Virus record (IMG/VR): IMGVR_UViG_3300037258_000046
Location: 1 to 64,000 of that record
Strand: one strand, 5' to 3'
Length of the DNA: 64,000 nt
DNA from: a virus
The notes beneath the pieces are model-generated. The model worked only from the letters and a program-made list of their open reading frames with translations. It was not told the origin of the DNA and made no database searches. How positions within the stretch are numbered: position 1 is the stretch's first letter; the number at the start of each line of letters is the position of its first letter. Made by a program: the position numbers and the translations under genes. Positions 1 through 9,700 of this stretch are shown here, in pieces.

Positions 1-3000
1 CGTCGATCACCAGTCCGCCCGACTGCGCCACGTAGCTGTAGACGCTCGACGCCGCCGCCGGGACGATCACGCCGCCGCCGAGCTGCCCCGTGTAGCCGTA
101 GGTCACGATCGCACCGCCCGGCACCGACACGGCCGCCGGAGCGCTCGCAGCGTAGCCATAGGTCACCGCCGCGGCCGCGCTCTCGCTCGCGATCGCGTTC
201 GCGCTCGCGGCGTAGGAGTAGACCGTCGAGCCCGCGGCCGGGACGATGCCCTGCGCACCCGCCGTCGAGGTATACCCGTAGATCGCCTGTCCCGCCGCCT
301 GCTCCAGCACGAGCGCTGTCGCGCTCGCCGCGTACGAGTAGACCACGCTCGCCGCACCCGAGACGCTCACGAGCCCGCCAGCCGTCCCCGAGTAGCCGTA
401 GACCACCACGGCACCGCCCGGCACCGTGACCGACCCCGGAGCGGTCGAGGAGTACGCGTAGACGACGCTCGCCGCCGCCACGCCCCCAACGACCGCCGCC
501 GCCGCCGCGCTGTAGAGATAGGTGCTACTCGCCGACGCCTCCACGACCACCCCCGCCGCCGCGCTCGCCGCATACGAGTAGCTCACCGACGCGGGCGCCG
601 GGACCGTGATGCTGCCGCTCGCCGACGCCGCATAGCTATAGACCCCGCCAGCGCCGCCCGGCACGATCACGCCGCCCGCGAGCGCGCCCGAATAGGCGTA
701 CACGACGGCAGACTGCGCCGGAACGGTCATCGAGCCCGCAGCGCTCGCGGAGTAGCTGTAGGCGCTCGACGCGGAGCCCGGCACCGTCACGCTCCCCGTC
801 GCGCTCGCGGAGTACAGGTAGGGCGAGCTGCCGCCGCCCGGCACCGACACCCCCGCCATCGCCGCCGCACTGTAGTTGTAGGTCGCTCCAGCAGCGCCCG
901 GGACCACCTCGACGCCAGCCGCCGTCGCCGAGTAGGAGTAGACAGAACTGCCCGCGCCGGAGATACTCGTGGCCCCCACCGACCCCGTCGCCGACGCCGA
1001 GTAGGAGTAGGTACTTGCGCCGCTGTCGGTATCGGCGAACGTCCATCCGGTGTTATCGCTCACATTGGTCGAGTCGGCGCCCGCATAGAACGCCGCACCG
1101 CCGAGAGCGTGCGAGTCCTGGAGCACCATCCAGTCGCAGCTCACGAGCCCCGACGCCTGACTGATCGACGCCTGCGTGCCCGGCGCGGTCGACGTGATCT
1201 GCACGCGCCCGTCGCCGACGATCGCCGACACGCCCGTGATCGTCACCGTCGCCGCGTTCGTGCTCGCCTCCGTGAAGCTGTTGGCACCGAACGCCTTGAG
1301 CGTGAAGTTGGCGTCGAGGACGAGCGTGCCGGTGCCCTGGTAGCCGTTGTAGATGCGCGCCTCGTAGTAGGCGCCGGTCATTGGGAACACGCCGGTCGAT
1401 GCGGCACCGATCCCCAGGGCATCGGGTCCGGCCTGGATCGCGGTCCCTAGCGAGAGCGTCACGTTCGCGCCCAGCTGCGTCCACGTCACCCCGTCCGGCG
1501 ACGTGTAGAACTGCAAGATCCCCGTCGACTGCTTGCGCGTCGCGCGCACCCAACCCGCCTGGCCCGCCGAGAACACCGTGCCCGCGCTCACCGTCGCGTT
1601 CGCGGAATGCTGGCTCGTGCCGTCGCTAAAGCCCAGATTCAGGATGCCGGTGGCTCCTATGATCAGGCTGTAGGAGTCCGTGGCGACCACGTTGTTGCCG
1701 CTCTTGCTCACCAAGTCCATCGTCCCGCCCGGCGCGCTCCAGCTCGGCAGCGCAATGTGAGCGTCGATGGTGATGTCGCCCGTGATCTGCAAAGCCGACG
1801 TGCTCGGCGTCGTCGCGTAGTTGGCGGCCGCGCCGGGCAGCGAGAGATACCCGTAGTTCTGCCCAGCCCCGACGAACTGGCTCACCGTCTGAGTGGTCCC
1901 CGCAGTGAGCACGGCGCCCGCGCCCGGCTGCACGGTGAGCACGTTGAAGGTATTGGACCCGGAGAACGTGACCGTCGCCTGGCTGTTGACCGTGACGTTG
2001 TTGTAGGTCTTGCCGCCACCCGCGAATGTCTGCGCGAGCGTGCCAGCCAGCACGATCGTCGAAGTCCCCGCGACCACCGTGCCCGACGTGACGGCCCAGC
2101 CGGTGCTGAAGCTGCCGGTGTCGATCGCCCACGTCCCCGAACCCATGAGGACCGTGCCGCCCTGCACCGTGAAGCCACCGTTTATCCCGAGCCAGTTGAA
2201 GTTGTTGGCATCCCAAGTGCCGGTCGTGACCTGAACCGCGGTGCCCGACCCGTTGGTCGTGAAGTTGTCCTGCTGCTGGTAGGTGCCGGTCACCGCAAGG
2301 ATGGCCAGCGTGCCGATCACCTGGCCGTGCGTCGTGATCGTCTGCGACCCCCGGCCCGCCAGCGACGGCCGCTGATTCATTCCCCACGTCACCCCAGCCG
2401 CCCAGGTGATGTTGCCGTAGAACACGCCGGTCTGGCTCGGCATCGTGAGCGACCCGCCCGTCGAGCCGGTGCAGTCGATGTTCGCGCACAGCCGCGGCAT
2501 GTCGCACACCACCGTCGCCGACGTCAGCGCGTTGAAGGCAGCGGTGTCCTGCGGCAGCGGCACGCGGCTCGTCCACTTCGTAGCGTCAGACCAGTTGCCA
2601 GCCGTGTTGCCGGTCCAGGTCTGCGTCGTCTGCGCGTCGAAGGTGATCCCGGTGTTGCCCTGCCCATCGCCGAGACTCGTGCCGGTGAACGGCGACGCCG
2701 CGCCCGCGCCGGTCACGTCGATGAAGTCAACGTTGGTGATCGACGTGGCGGCGGCCGTGATCGTTACTGCCGTCCCGACCGACGACGTTTGTAAGAGCAG
2801 ACGGTTGATTGTGCTGTTTCCGGTGAGGGTGAGCGTGCCAGCGACCGTGACCGCCGCGTGGTTGGCCCCGATGAATTGGAAGCCAAGGGCGCTCGTCTTC
2901 GTCGCGGTCGCGTTGACTGTGATGTTGTTCGCCGTGATCGGCTGATGCTGCGCGACCTGCCACGTCCCGGGCGTCGACCACACCACGTTGTAGTAGGTCA

Positions 3001-3688
3001 GGCCCACCGTGGTGCTGAACTCGCCGGGCGAGAACGTCGCGCCGTTGACGATCGTGATCGTGCTCGTCCCGGCGTTGAGGGTGCAGCCGGACGCGCCGCT
3101 GCCGCAGTTCCAGCCATTCGCCCCGGCGGAGTTGGTGATGCTGATGCTCGACGCGCCCAGCGTCAGCGTCCGCGCGGTCCCGCCGGAGTTGGTGAACGTC
3201 CCCCAGGAGCACGTCTGCCCGTTCGTATTGAGGATCCCCGAGTTGAAGGTCACGATCGTCGAAGTGCCGACCGTGAAGCCATCAACGAGCAGCCACGACC
3301 CCTGCGTCGCCGACCCGGTGAAGCTCACAGCGGGCAGCGTTTTCCCGGCCGCCGTGATCTGTCCCTGCGTGGTGGACGTCGAGGAGAACGCGAGCACGCT
3401 CGTCGTCGCGGACCCCAGCACATACGTCATGCCCGACCCGAGCGCGAGCGCGAGCGACCCGTTGACCGTCGTGGTCCCGATCGTGACCGTGATCGCCGCG
3501 TTGTGAGTCAGCGTCGACGTGTACGCGCTCGCATCGAAGGACCGACACGCGAAGTTGGCGTTGAAGGTGATCGGCCCCGACGTGGCGGCCAAGATCACAT
3601 CGTCACTGGCGCCCGGCACGACACCACCAACCCATGCGCCGGTCGCGTTGCTGTTGCCGCCCGTGGCGCTCGCCGTGATCGTGGCCAC
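1..3688 (-). CDS. Large tail fibre/adhesin-like structural protein (>1229 aa, 3' end outside window): beta-helix-like region, LamG/ConA-like domain, C-terminal 20-aa repeats
   Basis: Absent from the ORF track because no stop lies in the window. Translated by hand from GTG 3688, which overlaps the upstream TAG: MATITASATGGNSNATGAWVGGVVPGASDDVIL... T/G/S/N-rich, with an internal duplication (NWSDATKWTSRVPLPQDTAAF) and LQITGDITIDAHIALPSW...LVSK (LamG-like). The frame is open to position 2. Confidence 0.85.
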   Translation of the reverse strand, partial: MATITASATGGNSNATGAWVGGVVPGASDDVILAATSGPITFNANFACRSFDASAYTSTLTHNAAITVTIGTTTVNGSLALALGSGMTYVLGSATTSVLAFSSTSTTQGQITAAGKTLPAVSFTGSATQGSWLLVDGFTVGTSTIVTFNSGILNTNGQTCSWGTFTNSGGTARTLTLGASSISITNSAGANGWNCGSGASGCTLNAGTSTITIVNGATFSPGEFSTTVGLTYYNVVWSTPGTWQVAQHQPITANNITVNATATKTSALGFQFIGANHAAVTVAGTLTLTGNSTINRLLLQTSSVGTAVTITAAATSITNVDFIDVTGAGAASPFTGTSLGDGQGNTGITFDAQTTQTWTGNTAGNWSDATKWTSRVPLPQDTAAFNALTSATVVCDMPRLCANIDCTGSTGGSLTMPSQTGVFYGNITWAAGVTWGMNQRPSLAGRGSQTITTHGQVIGTLAILAVTGTYQQQDNFTTNGSGTAVQVTTGTWDANNFNWLGINGGFTVQGGTVLMGSGTWAIDTGSFSTGWAVTSGTVVAGTSTIVLAGTLAQTFAGGGKTYNNVTVNSQATVTFSGSNTFNVLTVQPGAGAVLTAGTTQTVSQFVGAGQNYGYLSLPGAAANYATTPSTSALQITGDITIDAHIALPSWSAPGGTMDLVSKSGNNVVATDSYSLIIGATGILNLGFSDGTSQHSANATVSAGTVFSAGQAGWVRATRKQSTGILQFYTSPDGVTWTQLGANVTLSLGTAIQAGPDALGIGAASTGVFPMTGAYYEARIYNGYQGTGTLVLDANFTLKAFGANSFTEASTNAATVTITGVSAIVGDGRVQITSTAPGTQASISQASGLVSCDWMVLQDSHALGGAAFYAGADSTNVSDNTGWTFADTDSGASTYSYSASATGSVGATSISGAGSSVYSYSATAAGVEVVPGAAGATYNYSAAAMAGVSVPGGGSSPYLYSASATGSVTVPGSASSAYSYSASAAGSMTVPAQSAVVYAYSGALAGGVIVPGGAGGVYSYAASASGSITVPAPASVSYSYAASAAAGVVVEASASSTYLYSAAAAAVVGGVAAASVVYAYSSTAPGSVTVPGGAVVVYGYSGTAGGLVSVSGAASVVYSYAASATALVLEQAAGQAIYGYTSTAGAQGIVPAAGSTVYSYAASANAIASESAAAAVTYGYAASAPAAVSVPGGAIVTYGYTGQLGGGVIVPAAASSVYSYVAQSGGLVID
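20..1020 (-). repeat. ~17 degenerate 60-bp (20-aa) tandem repeats, consensus ~ YxYxASAxGxVxVPGxAxxx
   Basis: GTAG/GTAC (Tyr codons on the minus strand) recur at the same column of successive 60-nt lines; translation gives YSY/YAY/YGY every 20 aa. Confidence 0.85.
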
Positions 3689-4089
3689 TAGCGGGCCCGC
3701 TTCTGCCGTGCGACCGCGCGCTGAGCCCGGCGCGACAACGCGATGCCCATAGCCTTCTTCGCGCGCACCGGGATCTCGACGCCGCCGCCGACGATCAGAC
3801 GGCCACCGCGACTGTCGGGCTCCTCCGCGCCATCTGGCGGGTCCGGGACCACCGGGACGCCCCAGCCGTCGGGCTGACCCGCGGGAACGCCCAGGACCGT
3901 CGCGAGCTTCGCGGCCGCCGTCTTGTTCGAGCTATCGACCCACACGGGCGCGATGCCGAGCGCACCGACAGCGGCCAAGACCGGCCCGTGCGCCGTACCC
4001 GACGTGACCGCAGCGGCAGGCGACACGCACGCAATCTCCTGCGCACCGCCGACGTCGAGGTAGCCGATCAGTACGTCGAACTGCGCCAC
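3688..4089 (-). CDS. hypothetical (probable virion) protein
   Basis: Track ORF 3688-4335 trimmed to GTG 4089 (VAQFDVLIGYLDVGG); coupled to the fibre gene. Confidence 0.6.
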   Translation of the reverse strand: MAQFDVLIGYLDVGGAQEIACVSPAAAVTSGTAHGPVLAAVGALGIAPVWVDSSNKTAAAKLATVLGVPAGQPDGWGVPVVPDPPDGAEEPDSRGGRLIVGGGVEIPVRAKKAMGIALSRRAQRAVARQKRAR

Positions 4090-4103
4090 CGCGGCGCCCT
4101 CGG

Positions 4104-4529
4104 CTACTTCTCGACGGGCGCGAGAGAGACGTCTGCGAGCTTCGGACCCGGATGCTTCATCTCGCCGATCAGCGCCTTCGGTAGCGGCTTCACGACCAGC
4201 ATGTCGGTCTTCGGGTCGCGCTCGCTGTAAACGTCGCCCTCCGCCCAGCGCTCCAGCAGACGGCCCGACGCATGATGCGCCTTGTGGATCGCGACATGCA
4301 ACGGGCCGACATGCTCGCGCTGCACAAGGATCCACTCGTCCGTCACGTCATAGGCAGCGTCGCCGACTGAGATCACGCCCGCGACCGGGCCGGTCAGCAT
4401 CGGCACGAGCACGCCATTCGCGACCTGCTCCTCCTCGTGCGCCTCAAGATCGTAGTGCGGCCGCGTCTCATACACCGGCTGCCGCTTGGCGTCGAAGCCG
4501 ACATGCACCATGCGCTCGGACTTTCTCAT
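4104..4529 (-). CDS. hypothetical protein
   Basis: ORF fits the gap between neighbours; MRKSERMVHVGFDAK... Confidence 0.6.
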   Translation of the reverse strand: MRKSERMVHVGFDAKRQPVYETRPHYDLEAHEEEQVANGVLVPMLTGPVAGVISVGDAAYDVTDEWILVQREHVGPLHVAIHKAHHASGRLLERWAEGDVYSERDPKTDMLVVKPLPKALIGEMKHPGPKLADVSLAPVEK

Positions 4530-4536
4530 ACCAGCA

Positions 4537-4992
4537 TCACCCCTGAACCGCGTGAGAGAGAGCACCCGACGCGATCGCGACCGTCGCGCCAGACGGGACT
4601 GTCAGGCTCGCCGAAGTCGCGCCGCCCGTGATCTGCGAAGACGTCGCGAGCGTCGAGTTGATCGTGAAGTGATCGACCGTCGTCGCGGGCATCGAGACGA
4701 AGTTCTGAGCCGTGCTCGAAGCCATCGACCCCGACGACGCCGCCGCGAACTGAATGGTCTGCCGAGCGTAGGAGCCGCCCGAAACCTCGTTCGCGCCCGT
4801 GTTGCCCGGCGAGCCGTTGTGCAACCCGACGTAGTACGTCGTCGCTGCCGCCGTGACCGCCGTGATCGCCGCGTTCGCCGACGTCGCCGTCAGATAGGTC
4901 AGCGTGAACAGCCGCGACGCCAGCAGCGCCACGCACGTCGCTGCGAGCGCTAGCGCCCTACGCCACCGCCACAGCCGAAAGAGAGTCTTCAT
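4537..4992 (-). CDS. small tail-fibre-associated structural protein (actinophage gp80-like)
   Basis: YYVGLHNGSPGNTGANEVSGGSYARQTIQFAAASSG resembles the YxxLHxxxPGxxGANEVSGGSYARQ motif family; N-terminal hydrophobic stretch. Confidence 0.65.
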   Translation of the reverse strand: MKTLFRLWRWRRALALAATCVALLASRLFTLTYLTATSANAAITAVTAAATTYYVGLHNGSPGNTGANEVSGGSYARQTIQFAAASSGSMASSTAQNFVSMPATTVDHFTINSTLATSSQITGGATSASLTVPSGATVAIASGALSHAVQG

Positions 4993-5543
4993 GCTCCGCC
5001 ACCGCCTCCAGAGTTGCCGCTTGAGCTGCCACCCGAACCGCCGCCGCCACCGACGCCGGAAGCACCGCCGACCGCCATCGACGGCGCCCCAGCGCCTCCG
5101 ACGATCGTACGCGAGAAGCCGTGAGCGCCCGCGGCCGTGTTGCCGTGATGACGGACCACGCCGACGTCGAACTCGTCAGCGACCGGCCCGAAGCCGAGAT
5201 ACCCGAGCGCCGTGATCAGCCCGAACACGATGCCGCGAGCCGTCAGGTCCGGGATCTGCATAGCGCCGATCCCCGCGAGCGACAGCACGATCGTGATGGC
5301 CGTGCACACCTTCAAGGGAACGTGCAGCGCCGCGACGAACGCACTGCCTAACAGCGGCCCGGTGATCGCGCCGAGCGCGATGACGAGCATCGAGAGATCG
5401 TTCTGCCACTTCGGGCTCCACCCGAACACGCCGGACTGCAAGAGCGCGGTCGCGACGCCGCCCGCGATCGCGAGCAGGAACTTCGCACGCGACGGCAGGT
5501 TGAGCTGCTTCACGAACGCGAGGATCAGATTCCAGAGCTTCAT
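4989..5543 (-). CDS. multi-pass membrane protein, holin-like, Gly-rich tail
   Basis: ~4 hydrophobic segments; holin function is inference. Confidence 0.5.
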   Translation of the reverse strand: MKLWNLILAFVKQLNLPSRAKFLLAIAGGVATALLQSGVFGWSPKWQNDLSMLVIALGAITGPLLGSAFVAALHVPLKVCTAITIVLSLAGIGAMQIPDLTARGIVFGLITALGYLGFGPVADEFDVGVVRHHGNTAAGAHGFSRTIVGGAGAPSMAVGGASGVGGGGGSGGSSSGNSGGGGGA

Positions 5544-5818
5544 TCGAGCCCCGAGATCGTCTGGAGCACCTCGACGCTCGCCGAGTCGCCGGATGCGCAG
5601 ATCCCGAAGAGCTGATCGCCGTTCAGCACGAACGGCACCGGAGCCATCGCCGCCGTCAGCGTCAACCCCGTCCCAGCGACGACATCGGCGCCCCCGATCG
5701 TGACGTCATCGCCGCCCGCGGCAACGCTCAGATAGAACGTCTGCGGCTGCGGCCCCTCGCCGTCGGCGAGCTTGACCGGCGCTGCATCCGTGACGGCAAT
5801 CGAAGCGGTCTTAGCCAC
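5540..5818 (-). CDS. small beta-rich structural protein
   Basis: 92 aa; first gene after a late-type leaderless promoter. Confidence 0.6.
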   Translation of the reverse strand: MAKTASIAVTDAAPVKLADGEGPQPQTFYLSVAAGGDDVTIGGADVVAGTGLTLTAAMAPVPFVLNGDQLFGICASGDSASVEVLQTISGLE

Positions 5819-5824
5819 GCAACC

Positions 5825-5840
5825 ATCCTAGCCGCGCCAG
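5825..5840 (-). promoter_or_regulatory. late-type promoter CTGGCGCGGC-TAGGAT, leaderless
   Basis: -10 is 6 nt before GTG 5818; shares GCTGGCGCGGCTA with the 60083 site. Confidence 0.55.
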
Positions 5841-5850
5841 CGACCACTAC

Positions 5851-6363
5851 TTAGATCGGCCACTCCTCGTCGCCGGGATACCAGCGCCGGAGCTGCAACC
5901 GGACAGCCTGCTTGAGCCGCGGCGTCATCGGCGAGTCGCTGCCGTGGCTCTGCAACGTCACGAGCGACATCGCCATGCGCCCGTCCGGCGTCTCCAGGAT
6001 GCCGACGCTTGCGCCGGGCGTGTCCTTCGCGAACCTGATGCGCGCCCCGCCGATCCGAGTCGACTGCGCCATCAGCCGCTCGATCACGTCGCGCTGCTGA
6101 CTCTCACGCTGCACCTGAGCCATCGCGGGAGGTGGCGGGCTCCAGATCCCCAGCAGCGGATCGACCCACTCACCCGCGATCGCCTTCGGCAGCCCGCGCT
6201 TCGGCGCGCGCCAGCTCGGGTCTTTCTCCGCGAGCCGCTCGCGCTCCGCCGGAGTCACAACGTCTTTGGATTCTTGAGATCCCGAGATCCCAGCATCTTG
6301 TGATCGGCGCTCGCGATGACGCTGCCGCTTCCCGTTGCGATTGCGAGCCGCCACCGACGCCAT
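5851..6363 (-). CDS. hypothetical protein
   Basis: ATG 6363 in a TGATG overlap; MASVAARNRNGKRQ... Confidence 0.6.
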   Translation of the reverse strand: MASVAARNRNGKRQRHRERRSQDAGISGSQESKDVVTPAERERLAEKDPSWRAPKRGLPKAIAGEWVDPLLGIWSPPPPAMAQVQRESQQRDVIERLMAQSTRIGGARIRFAKDTPGASVGILETPDGRMAMSLVTLQSHGSDSPMTPRLKQAVRLQLRRWYPGDEEWPI

Positions 6364-6464
6364 CAGCGCACCCACGGCCCGCGGCAGCACACGCTCCAGC
6401 AGCGCGCGAGCAGCCGCTTCCCGCACTCCGCGCAGTGCCGCGGCTCGAAGTAGTCGACGATCAC
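6363..6464 (-). CDS. 33-aa Cys-rich micro-protein (CAECG...CWSVCC)
   Basis: Exactly fills the gap and abuts/overlaps both neighbours; below the track cutoff. Confidence 0.45.
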   Translation of the reverse strand: MIVDYFEPRHCAECGKRLLARCWSVCCRGPWVR

Positions 6465-6731
6465 TCAGAGATCCTCGGCGCGCACGAAGCCCACGTAGGT
6501 GATCTCCTGCGGCCGCCGCCCCTCGCCATACCGACGCCAGCCCGGCGCCTTCCCGCGATGCCGCCCACACGGCACATAGCGGCTCTCAGGATCGCTAGGC
6601 AGCGGAACGGTCCCGCGCCGTATCGCGCAGTTGTGCTGCCCCGTCAGATGGTCGAACACGAAGCGAGCCACGCAGCACCGCGGGAAGCCGTACCGGCGCC
6701 CGAGACGCCATTCCCGCCACGCCGCCCGCAT
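6465..6731 (-). CDS. hypothetical protein (GRRYGFPRCC motif)
   Basis: Coupled ORF; a G-Y/F-P-x-CC motif is seen in small phage proteins. Confidence 0.55.
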   Translation of the reverse strand: MRAAWREWRLGRRYGFPRCCVARFVFDHLTGQHNCAIRRGTVPLPSDPESRYVPCGRHRGKAPGWRRYGEGRRPQEITYVGFVRAEDL

Positions 6732-7261
6732 CAGCCCACCGCCTCCTGACGACGCAGGATCTCCGACGCAGCCTCACCCATCATCGCGGCCGCCATCTTC
6801 ATCGTCGAGATCGTAACCTCGTCGCCGGGCACGCCAATGATGTCCGCGCGCACCGTCGCGCCGATCGAGTGGATCTTCAAGTCGACGTGAACGTCGAACG
6901 TCGGCAGCCCCGCCTCGAACGCCTTCGACGCTCGCGCGCGCCGAGACAGGCCCTCCACCGACTCGCGCACATCGAACGGCGGCGCCTCCGTCCGCAACGT
7001 CACGACCGGCGTGAGATCGAACGGCGCGCTGCGCTCAGCCGTCGTCACGCTCGGCAGCGGCGCCCGGCACAGCCTGCCGATCGCGCGATCGAGCGCGTCG
7101 CACAGATCGTTCGGCAGCAGCCCCCAGCACAGCATGTCCGAGTCGTCGTCGACGCCGAACGCCACGACCACCATCGCGCTATCAGGCGCAGGCTCGACCG
7201 TCACCTCCGTCGCATGCCCGTGCGGCAGCTCGATCGCCGCGACCGTAGGCCCATCAGTCAT
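6731..7261 (-). CDS. hypothetical protein
   Basis: AGGAGG RBS; coupled ORF. Confidence 0.65.
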   Translation of the reverse strand: MTDGPTVAAIELPHGHATEVTVEPAPDSAMVVVAFGVDDDSDMLCWGLLPNDLCDALDRAIGRLCRAPLPSVTTAERSAPFDLTPVVTLRTEAPPFDVRESVEGLSRRARASKAFEAGLPTFDVHVDLKIHSIGATVRADIIGVPGDEVTISTMKMAAAMMGEAASEILRRQEAVG

Positions 7262-7276
7262 CTCACCCTCCTGTCG

Positions 7277-9064
7277 TCATTGCCAGTCGCGACCCGTGCT
7301 CCAGTCGCCCTCCTCAAGCCCGCCGCCAGACTCGCCGATGTACTCCTCACCCGTCACCGGGCCCTCCTCCACCTCGCGCGTCGGATGCGGCGCTAGCTCC
7401 TGCTCAAGCGCCTGCTGACCCTTCCTGCGATACCAAAGCTCCCCGGCCATCAGGTCATACACCTCGGCCTGCGCAAAGTCGTCCGGGCCCGTCGAGCGGT
7501 AGTACACCTTGCGCCTGTCGAACTCGTCTCGCTCGGCCACGCGGATCAGGTTCCCAAGATGCTCCGGGTACTCCTCGGGCAGCTCGTCGAGCATCGGGAT
7601 CAGATTGCGCTGCTGCCGGAACGCGTCGAGCGTCGCGTCGATCGCGGTCGTGCGATGCACCGTCGCGTGATGCGTGATGTCGTCGACCTTCCACAGCTCG
7701 CTCGTCGGGTTCTGCGCCGTGTTGTACGCCACGAGAAACACCCGGCCGGGGAAGCTCTCGGCGAACGCTCGCGCCATCCGCGTCTCCGGCAGATGGTCGA
7801 TCGCCGCGATCTTCACGTCATACGTCGCCATCAGCGCGCCGAGCCGCTGGATGATCGCGCGCACCGCCTCCGGCGCGTCGATGTCCGGCAGGTCCGGCCA
7901 CTCGATCGTGCCGATCCACAGCGCCCGCTTGCGGTAGTCGTCGATGTGCTCGCTGATCCTCACATTGAACGCGCGGGCGCTCGCGACGTCGACGCCCATC
8001 GTCACGAGCTTCGGGCTGTGCCACACCGTCTCCTGATGAAGCTCCTGCCGCTGGCACGCCCGCAAAGCCTCGATCGACAGGCGGCCCTCAGCGGGCGCGT
8101 ACTCCTCGCCAAGGTCCCGGTTGAAATGCGTCTGACGATCCTCCGGCGCCGTCTTCCGGTGATTCTCGACAACGCGCTCCAGGTTCATACCCGGCACGAT
8201 GAACTTGCTCAGCCAATAGCCGCGCGTCGAGCGCTCCGGGTATGTCGCGACCCACTCGCCCGCCGCGACGTCGAGCGGCTTGCGGCATTTCCGGCACTCC
8301 AGCAGCGCCGTCGCCTCGTTCAGGTTGTCACGGTAAGTCGCTGACCCCACGATCGGCTGATGCTCGCCGCACCCGCACTTCACCATCCACACGTGCTGAG
8401 TCGTGCCCTCGTACAGCTTCGAGATCCCGTAGCCCGGAACCGTCGGCACGCCCACACGGCGGATCAGACCTTGCGACAGCGGGCCCGTCACGCGCTGCTC
8501 CGCCACGCCGATGTTCGCGGGCTCCAGCGAATCGTACTCGTCGAGCGCCAGCACGTCTGCCGCGATCGACTCCAGCCCCGTCGCCTCGACCGACCCGCGG
8601 AAGTAGACCCACCCCAGCCCGATGTTTCGCAGCTCGACGCGATTCACCTTGCCGACGCGAGTCGCGAGATACCCCTGCCGCAGCAGCGGCCCGATGCGCT
8701 CCTGCGAGAACGCGTTCAGCGTCGCGTTCGTCGGGAACACGTACAGCGCCACCGCGGCGCGCACGTCAGCCGACCAAAGCGCCCACCGCAGCAGCCACGT
8801 CGTCAGCCCGAGCTGCGTCGCCTTCTTCACGATCAGATCGCGCTCCGTCGTCGCCTTGTCCTCGTACAGCGGAAGCTGGAAAGCGAACCGCTCGAAGTCG
8901 AGCGGCCCGCGCGTCTCGGGAACACCGATCGCCCAATCGAGGAAGCCCAGCTCGTGAGCGCGCGCCGCCTGACGCCTGTCCGCCACGTGCAGATCCCACG
9001 GCTCCGCCGCGCCGACCTGCGACCCGTCGTCGAAGATCGACATGCGACGGCCGCGCTCAGCCAT
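7277..9064 (-). CDS. terL: terminase large subunit, lambda GpA-like
   Basis: KATQLGLTT (deviant Walker A), YVFPT, FSQERIGP, LALDEYD (Walker B), CGCG/CRKC zinc knuckle, C-terminal MGVDV...DDFAQA nuclease. Confidence 0.9.
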   Translation of the reverse strand: MAERGRRMSIFDDGSQVGAAEPWDLHVADRRQAARAHELGFLDWAIGVPETRGPLDFERFAFQLPLYEDKATTERDLIVKKATQLGLTTWLLRWALWSADVRAAVALYVFPTNATLNAFSQERIGPLLRQGYLATRVGKVNRVELRNIGLGWVYFRGSVEATGLESIAADVLALDEYDSLEPANIGVAEQRVTGPLSQGLIRRVGVPTVPGYGISKLYEGTTQHVWMVKCGCGEHQPIVGSATYRDNLNEATALLECRKCRKPLDVAAGEWVATYPERSTRGYWLSKFIVPGMNLERVVENHRKTAPEDRQTHFNRDLGEEYAPAEGRLSIEALRACQRQELHQETVWHSPKLVTMGVDVASARAFNVRISEHIDDYRKRALWIGTIEWPDLPDIDAPEAVRAIIQRLGALMATYDVKIAAIDHLPETRMARAFAESFPGRVFLVAYNTAQNPTSELWKVDDITHHATVHRTTAIDATLDAFRQQRNLIPMLDELPEEYPEHLGNLIRVAERDEFDRRKVYYRSTGPDDFAQAEVYDLMAGELWYRRKGQQALEQELAPHPTREVEEGPVTGEEYIGESGGGLEEGDWSTGRDWQ

Positions 9065-9366
9065 CAGTGCATGCCGCCCGCGAACTCCAGCTCGACCCCA
9101 AGCGCGCCTTCGTCGTCCGGGCCGACAGGATCTCCGACCCCGTAGAACGCGATCAGCTTCTCCTCGTCGCGATCGTCGCGGCGCTCCTTGTAGACCGTCG
9201 ACTCCTTGAGCGGCGCCTTCTCCGGAATGAACGTCAGATGCCCGTCGCAGTTGTCTCGCGGGCAGCGGAACGCGTAGATCACCGCCTGCGGCAAGTCCGC
9301 ACCGATCGGCGATCCCAGCCCGTCGAACGGGCCGCCCTCAAGCTCGACTGTCCAGCCCCTAGCCAT
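9064..9366 (-). CDS. hypothetical protein (LEGGPFDG motif)
   Basis: GGPxDG N-terminal motif common in actinophage small proteins. Confidence 0.6.
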   Translation of the reverse strand: MARGWTVELEGGPFDGLGSPIGADLPQAVIYAFRCPRDNCDGHLTFIPEKAPLKESTVYKERRDDRDEEKLIAFYGVGDPVGPDDEGALGVELEFAGGMH

Positions 9367-9700
9367 TGCGAGAGCGTAGCGCCACGACAGCCTCCGAGAG
9401 CGCCTGCCGCTGCCGGATGGTCAGAGCGGCCAGCGGCTTGTTCTCGGGCAGCGGGAGCGCCGCCAGCAGCCTCACAGCACGCGCCCTGCCGACACGGTCG
9501 ACGCACCGCAGCAGCTCCATGACCTCCATCGACTCAAGGAACCACGGGAACCCGTTCGCGAGCAGCGTTTGGATCGCGTTGACCGCCTCCGGCGCAGTGC
9601 ACGCCCCGAGCGCCTGCCGAAAGTCCGAGCGCGCCTTGCGCACCTCGTTCGCTCGCGCGAGCGCCTGCATGTGCTGCGGAACCGCGACAGCATCAGCCAC
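9359..9700 (-). CDS. actinobacterial integration-host-factor-like (mIHF/sIHF, H2TH) DNA-binding protein
   Basis: QHMQALARANEVRKARSDFRQAL...MEVMELL..VDRVGRARAVRLL...PENKPLAALTIRQRQAL matches mIHF architecture. Confidence 0.75.
   Translation of the reverse strand: MADAVAVPQHMQALARANEVRKARSDFRQALGACTAPEAVNAIQTLLANGFPWFLESMEVMELLRCVDRVGRARAVRLLAALPLPENKPLAALTIRQRQALSEAVVALRSRNG

Noticed and set aside
1-1020. 60-bp periodicity as a CRISPR array
   Set aside because: Degenerate at the DNA level, conserved in protein, and in frame; no repeat-spacer structure
4821-4830. Isolated GCAACCCG matches inside genes (e.g. 4821, 26905, 31937, 42161, 63412)
   Set aside because: No associated -10 or SD; compatible with chance in 70% GC DNA
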